A DNA stretch of 40,935 nucleotides. It comes from a virus. Taxonomy: Duplodnaviria > Caudoviricetes. Numbering within the stretch: the first letter of the stretch is position 1; each line of letters starts with the position of its first letter. Location: IMG/VR virus record IMGVR_UViG_3300013020_000006, positions 1 to 40,935 of that record; one strand, given 5' to 3'. Shown here piece after piece: positions 37,681 to 40,935 of the stretch. The notes under the pieces were generated by a model. That model was given only the letters and a program-made list of their open reading frames with translations, was not told the DNA's origin and did not search any database. Position numbers and translations under genes: made by a program.

Positions 37681-38694
37681 ATGAAGGCAGGAGATATAAT
37701 TCTCTTTAAGCCTAAAGGACTGCTAGGAAGATTAATTGCATGGGTGACTAAGTCTGAATATAGTCACTCAGCAGTAGTCTTTGGTAAAGAGTATGGGAAA
37801 GTACTACTGTTGGAAATTGACTGGACAAAAAGTAGAATAGTAACATTAGAGTCAATGACTAGAGAATATGATGTTTTCAGAGTCGATAAGTTAGAGGGAA
37901 GAGAAGAGGACTTCAAGAGAAATATAATAGAGTCTGGAAAGTATTTCAATGTAATGTATGACTACGAACAGTTATTTAGCTTTGTAAGGAGAATACTTTT
38001 TAGAGCAGAAGAAATAGCAAACAGTCCAGATAAGTATATCTGTTCAGAGTTAGTAGATAGAGCATATAAAGATATAGGAATAGACTTAGTGGGAGAGTAT
38101 GATACAGGAGAAGTTTCACCAGAAGACTTAGCAGACTCAAAACTGACAAAGAAGGTGGAGGTGACATGTATGAAGAGTGATTTTGAAAAAGCCTTCGATA
38201 AGGTAATAATGTTTGAAGGTGGGTATTCAGACAACCCTTATGATAGTGGTGGAAAAACGAAATACGGAATAACAGAGCAAACAGCAAGAAGTTTTGGTTA
38301 TAAAGGAGATATGAGAGACTTAACATTAGAGAAGGCAAAAGAGATTTATAAGGCAGGATACTGGGATAGAGTAAAGGCAAGTGAGTTTGATAACTTCTAT
38401 ATTAAGGAAGTATTATTCGATACAGCAGTAAATATGGGAACAGGAACAGCAGTAAAACTATTGCAGAAGGCACTAAACCTTTTAGAACAAAACGAAATAG
38501 TGGAAGATGGAATAGTAGGAAGTCAAACAATCAACAGAGTAAACGAGTATGCTTATCAGAAAGACCTAGTATTTTGGTTTTTAGTAAAAAGGCTAAAGAG
38601 GTATGATAAAATCGTAGAGAGAAATGAGTCTCAGAAAGTGTTTATTAGAGGTTGGGGAAGAAGAGTACAGAGGTTGTTGGAGGAGGTACTTTAA
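37681..38694 (+). CDS. permuted papain-like (YiiX/YaeF) amidase fused to GH108 endolysin with PG-binding tail
   Basis: GDIILF, YSHSAV, YDY, ICSELV; then FEGGYSDNPYDSGGKTKYGIT, FDTAVNMG, DGIVG..T, FIRGW.RR. Confidence 0.88.
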   Translation: MKAGDIILFKPKGLLGRLIAWVTKSEYSHSAVVFGKEYGKVLLLEIDWTKSRIVTLESMTREYDVFRVDKLEGREEDFKRNIIESGKYFNVMYDYEQLFSFVRRILFRAEEIANSPDKYICSELVDRAYKDIGIDLVGEYDTGEVSPEDLADSKLTKKVEVTCMKSDFEKAFDKVIMFEGGYSDNPYDSGGKTKYGITEQTARSFGYKGDMRDLTLEKAKEIYKAGYWDRVKASEFDNFYIKEVLFDTAVNMGTGTAVKLLQKALNLLEQNEIVEDGIVGSQTINRVNEYAYQKDLVFWFLVKRLKRYDKIVERNESQKVFIRGWGRRVQRLLEEVL

Positions 38695-38888
38695 TGAGAA
38701 ACCCCTATGAGAAAGATAAGATTAGAGACAGGTTAAAGAGAACAGCCCCAGAACATTTAGAGGGTTATGACAATGGTTGGCTAGATATAGAACATCATGA
38801 TTGGGGTGTTCAGATTTTCTCCAGCACAAGCGAGGGAAGAAGAATAGTCGATACGATTATTAAGACTCCCTCATTGGAGGGTTGGTAA
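38694..38888 (+). CDS. small hypothetical protein (start reassigned to ATG 38694)
   Basis: ggaggagg RBS; ATG overlaps upstream TAA. Confidence 0.6.
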   Translation: MRNPYEKDKIRDRLKRTAPEHLEGYDNGWLDIEHHDWGVQIFSSTSEGRRIVDTIIKTPSLEGW

Positions 38889-39140
38889 ATGATAGAGAAT
38901 AAGAGAAGTAGGTACAGATATTTCAGTATAGTAGAGAATACAATGTTAGGGTTTATAATCAATCTGATTTTGACAGGACTAGGAGTTTTTATGCTACCAA
39001 GACTGTTACTTTTATCGGGAATTGGTGGAGTAAAAGAAATAAGAGATTTAGAGAATGGATATAATTGCAATCCAACAGAAGTAGAATACATGGCTATAAT
39101 AATTGGAGGATTGGCTTTAGAGATACTAACTATAGTTTAG
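38889..39140 (+). CDS. small membrane protein
   Basis: hydrophobic segments; ggaggg RBS. Confidence 0.55.
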   Translation: MIENKRSRYRYFSIVENTMLGFIINLILTGLGVFMLPRLLLLSGIGGVKEIRDLENGYNCNPTEVEYMAIIIGGLALEILTIV

Positions 39141-39229
39141 AGATATAAATATACTATATGATATGACTTAGATAAAAAATTAAAGAGTGAATACGGAGGT
39201 GGTAGAATAATTAAATAGGAGTGGTTTAA

Positions 39230-39631
39230 TTGGAGAAGGTAGTGTTAGAGGCTATCAAGACAGGAACAACTGGTAGTATAGGACTAGTTATTTCCTATAT
39301 ATTATATAAGGTTATAACTAAAGTTTGGAAAGATAGCCTAAAACGAGAACAGCAGTTGAAGGAAGATGCTAGGAAAAGAGAAGAAGAAATAATCTGTAGA
39401 GCAGAAAAAAGGGAAGAGAAAATGTTTGAGAGAGACGAGAAATTGACAGGACATATAGAAAAACTGCAAGAGTCTTTTAGACAACAGATGGAATTTATCA
39501 AAGATATGAATATAACCTTTAGACACACTTTAGATGGAGTACAAGAAGATATAGACGATTTATCAGGGAGAGTTGACGAGACTAATCAGAGTGTTAGAGA
39601 GATTATGAGGAAGATTGATAAAGACAACTAA
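39230..39631 (+). CDS. holin-like protein (one TM plus coiled coil, BhlA/UviB-like)
   Basis: N-terminal hydrophobic helix, KREE repeats, lysis cassette position. Confidence 0.65.
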   Translation: MEKVVLEAIKTGTTGSIGLVISYILYKVITKVWKDSLKREQQLKEDARKREEEIICRAEKREEKMFERDEKLTGHIEKLQESFRQQMEFIKDMNITFRHTLDGVQEDIDDLSGRVDETNQSVREIMRKIDKDN

Positions 39632-39645
39632 GGAGGTTGTTAATT

Positions 39646-39930
39646 ATGTTAGGTACAATTAAGACAATTTTTGGTGTAGTGCAGAAGATTATTGCTGTAT
39701 TCACAGTTGCAGTTTCCATTACAGAGGCAGAGTTGGAAGATGGTAAAAGTTCTGACAAAGAGAAAAAGGCTCTAGGGATTGTTGAAAAAGGAATTAATGA
39801 ATTGGTGGACAAAGACAAAGTTCCAGAGTGGGTAGCAGACATCTTCTTAACAGAGTTCTTGAGTAAATATTTAGTTACAGTTTTAGTTAAGGTGGCTCAC
39901 AGTATAGATTTTTTTACCAAGAAGGAGTAA
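39646..39930 (+). CDS. second holin-like protein
   Basis: aggaggt RBS, amphipathic N-terminus, AE..DGK...KEKKAL motif. Confidence 0.55.
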   Translation: MLGTIKTIFGVVQKIIAVFTVAVSITEAELEDGKSSDKEKKALGIVEKGINELVDKDKVPEWVADIFLTEFLSKYLVTVLVKVAHSIDFFTKKE

Positions 39931-40217
39931 AGTTTAAACTAGGTGGGTACACAGTTGAATTAGATTATTTTAAGTACAAGGAAATACTTGAGTTAGTCAC
40001 AGTTTCAATTGGTGGAGAAAAACTCACAGAGGAAGAGATAAATAGACGAGTTGAAGAAGGAATGAAAAAGTTAGTTGAAAGTGTGGACAAACAGACAGAT
40101 GAAGATATAGATAAAATTACAGACGATTTACAGGGAGATATAAGAGAACAGCAGGGATTGGAAAGAGAAATAGATTTCGATAAGAAGATTAATGAGGCTC
40201 TATCAGATATTAAATGA
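39909..40217 (+). CDS. candidate -1 frameshift extension of the holin-like gene
   Basis: T TTT TTT at 39909-39915; -1 frame open 100 codons YQEGVKFKLGGYTVELDYFK...ALSDIK*. Confidence 0.6.
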   Translation, partial: FFYQEGVKFKLGGYTVELDYFKYKEILELVTVSIGGEKLTEEEINRRVEEGMKKLVESVDKQTDEDIDKITDDLQGDIREQQGLEREIDFDKKINEALSDIK

Positions 40218-40325
40218 TAGAGTCTTTTCTTTTTTCAGAAAAATAAAAATCAATAAAAATTAAAGCATACTTAAGTATTATCTAAGTACAAAGTGCTAAT
40301 CTGCCCCTACACCCTTACAGCCCCT

Positions 40326-40354
40326 TTTACAATTTTACCAGTGTATTATATAAT
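40326..40354 (+). promoter_or_regulatory. sigma-A-type promoter
   Basis: TTTACA (40326-40331), 17 nt spacer, TATAAT (40349-40354). Confidence 0.75.
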
Positions 40355-40360
40355 AAACTT

Positions 40361-40870
40361 AACATAAACAAATACCTAATAAAACTTTTTACAAAGGTAA
40401 CGACACGATTTTCTCAGACTCCTAAAAGGTGCAGATAAGTTGAAATGCAGGACTGCTCTTTAAATACTGTCAGATTTAAGAGTTGTTTGGTAGTAGGAAA
40501 GACATCTACTACTTAGCCGATTAAGGTTAGCAGGTCAATAAGAGATATACTTATTGATAAGAGAAAGAGGTAAAACGATATTAACGATAACAAGTTGATA
40601 GTGGGTAGGAGGTAGTGCTTTTATCCTTAGCGTCTCAACTGGTGGTTGTAAGTGTCAAAGCCAACATAGAAAGACCTAGTGAACGATAAGCTGTGTGGGC
40701 ATAGTCCTTCCCAGATGGTAAAGGTGTAGTTTGCTAGGTCTAACTAGGACTCATTATCTAGTGTCATGGAAGTTAGGTAAGAACTAGCTTTTTTGAGAGT
40801 AGATAAAATAAGGGTAAGTTACAGCTAAATTTAAGTTAAGTAACAGGGAGGTTATAAAGACCTCTCTTTT
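40361..40870 (+). ncRNA. candidate large structured non-coding RNA (~510 nt), family unknown
   Basis: No tracked ORF; bounded by promoter and terminator; about nine consecutive stems, many with G-U pairs. Confidence 0.6.
40845..40870 (+). terminator. intrinsic terminator
   Basis: agggaggt-tataaag-acctctct then ttt. Confidence 0.7.
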
Positions 40871-40900
40871 ACTGTCTAAAGAAATTAGGAGGGTTAAAAG

Positions 40901-40935
40901 TTGAAGAAAATTTATATGGCAAAGGTCAATGTGGA
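40901..40935 (+). CDS. 5' start of a gene truncated by the window edge
   Basis: aggaggg RBS, TTG start, MKKIYMAKVNV. Confidence 0.55.
   Translation, partial: MKKIYMAKVNV

Noticed and set aside
40690-40715. Group I intron S-like motif gggcatagtcc
   Set aside because: No matching R element at a suitable distance and no interrupted gene
40361-40870. tmRNA, RNase P RNA or tRNA identity
   Set aside because: No tRNA-like ends with TpsiC arm and CCA, no GAGGAAAGUCC motif, no cloverleaf seen

Overview
This window is part of a low-GC, strongly purine-skewed contractile-tailed phage genome, probably infecting a Firmicute (AGGAGG Shine-Dalgarno sites, sigma-A-type promoters, many acidic proteins). 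All credible genes are on the + strand. Order: tightly packed small hypothetical genes (1-5448); a 1.3 kb gene-free gap; terL; a PIN-PhoH gene flanked by two tiny Cys-rich ORFs; a repeat-rich non-coding block; portal; a MuF(gp7)-SNF2 helicase fusion; a Prp-like cysteine protease; scaffold and N4-gp56-type capsid; neck genes; an eCIS-like contractile tail and baseplate; tail fibre; lysis cassette; and a final ~510 nt ORF-free, highly structured promoter-to-terminator unit. The strongest leads are the probably virion-packaged MuF-SNF2 fusion, the candidate large ncRNA, two candidate -1 programmed frameshifts (tail chaperone and a holin-like gene), an amidase-GH108 endolysin fusion with an internal start, and apparent avoidance of GATC/GAWTC. 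All calls come from reading motifs by eye; no searches, folding or counts were run.
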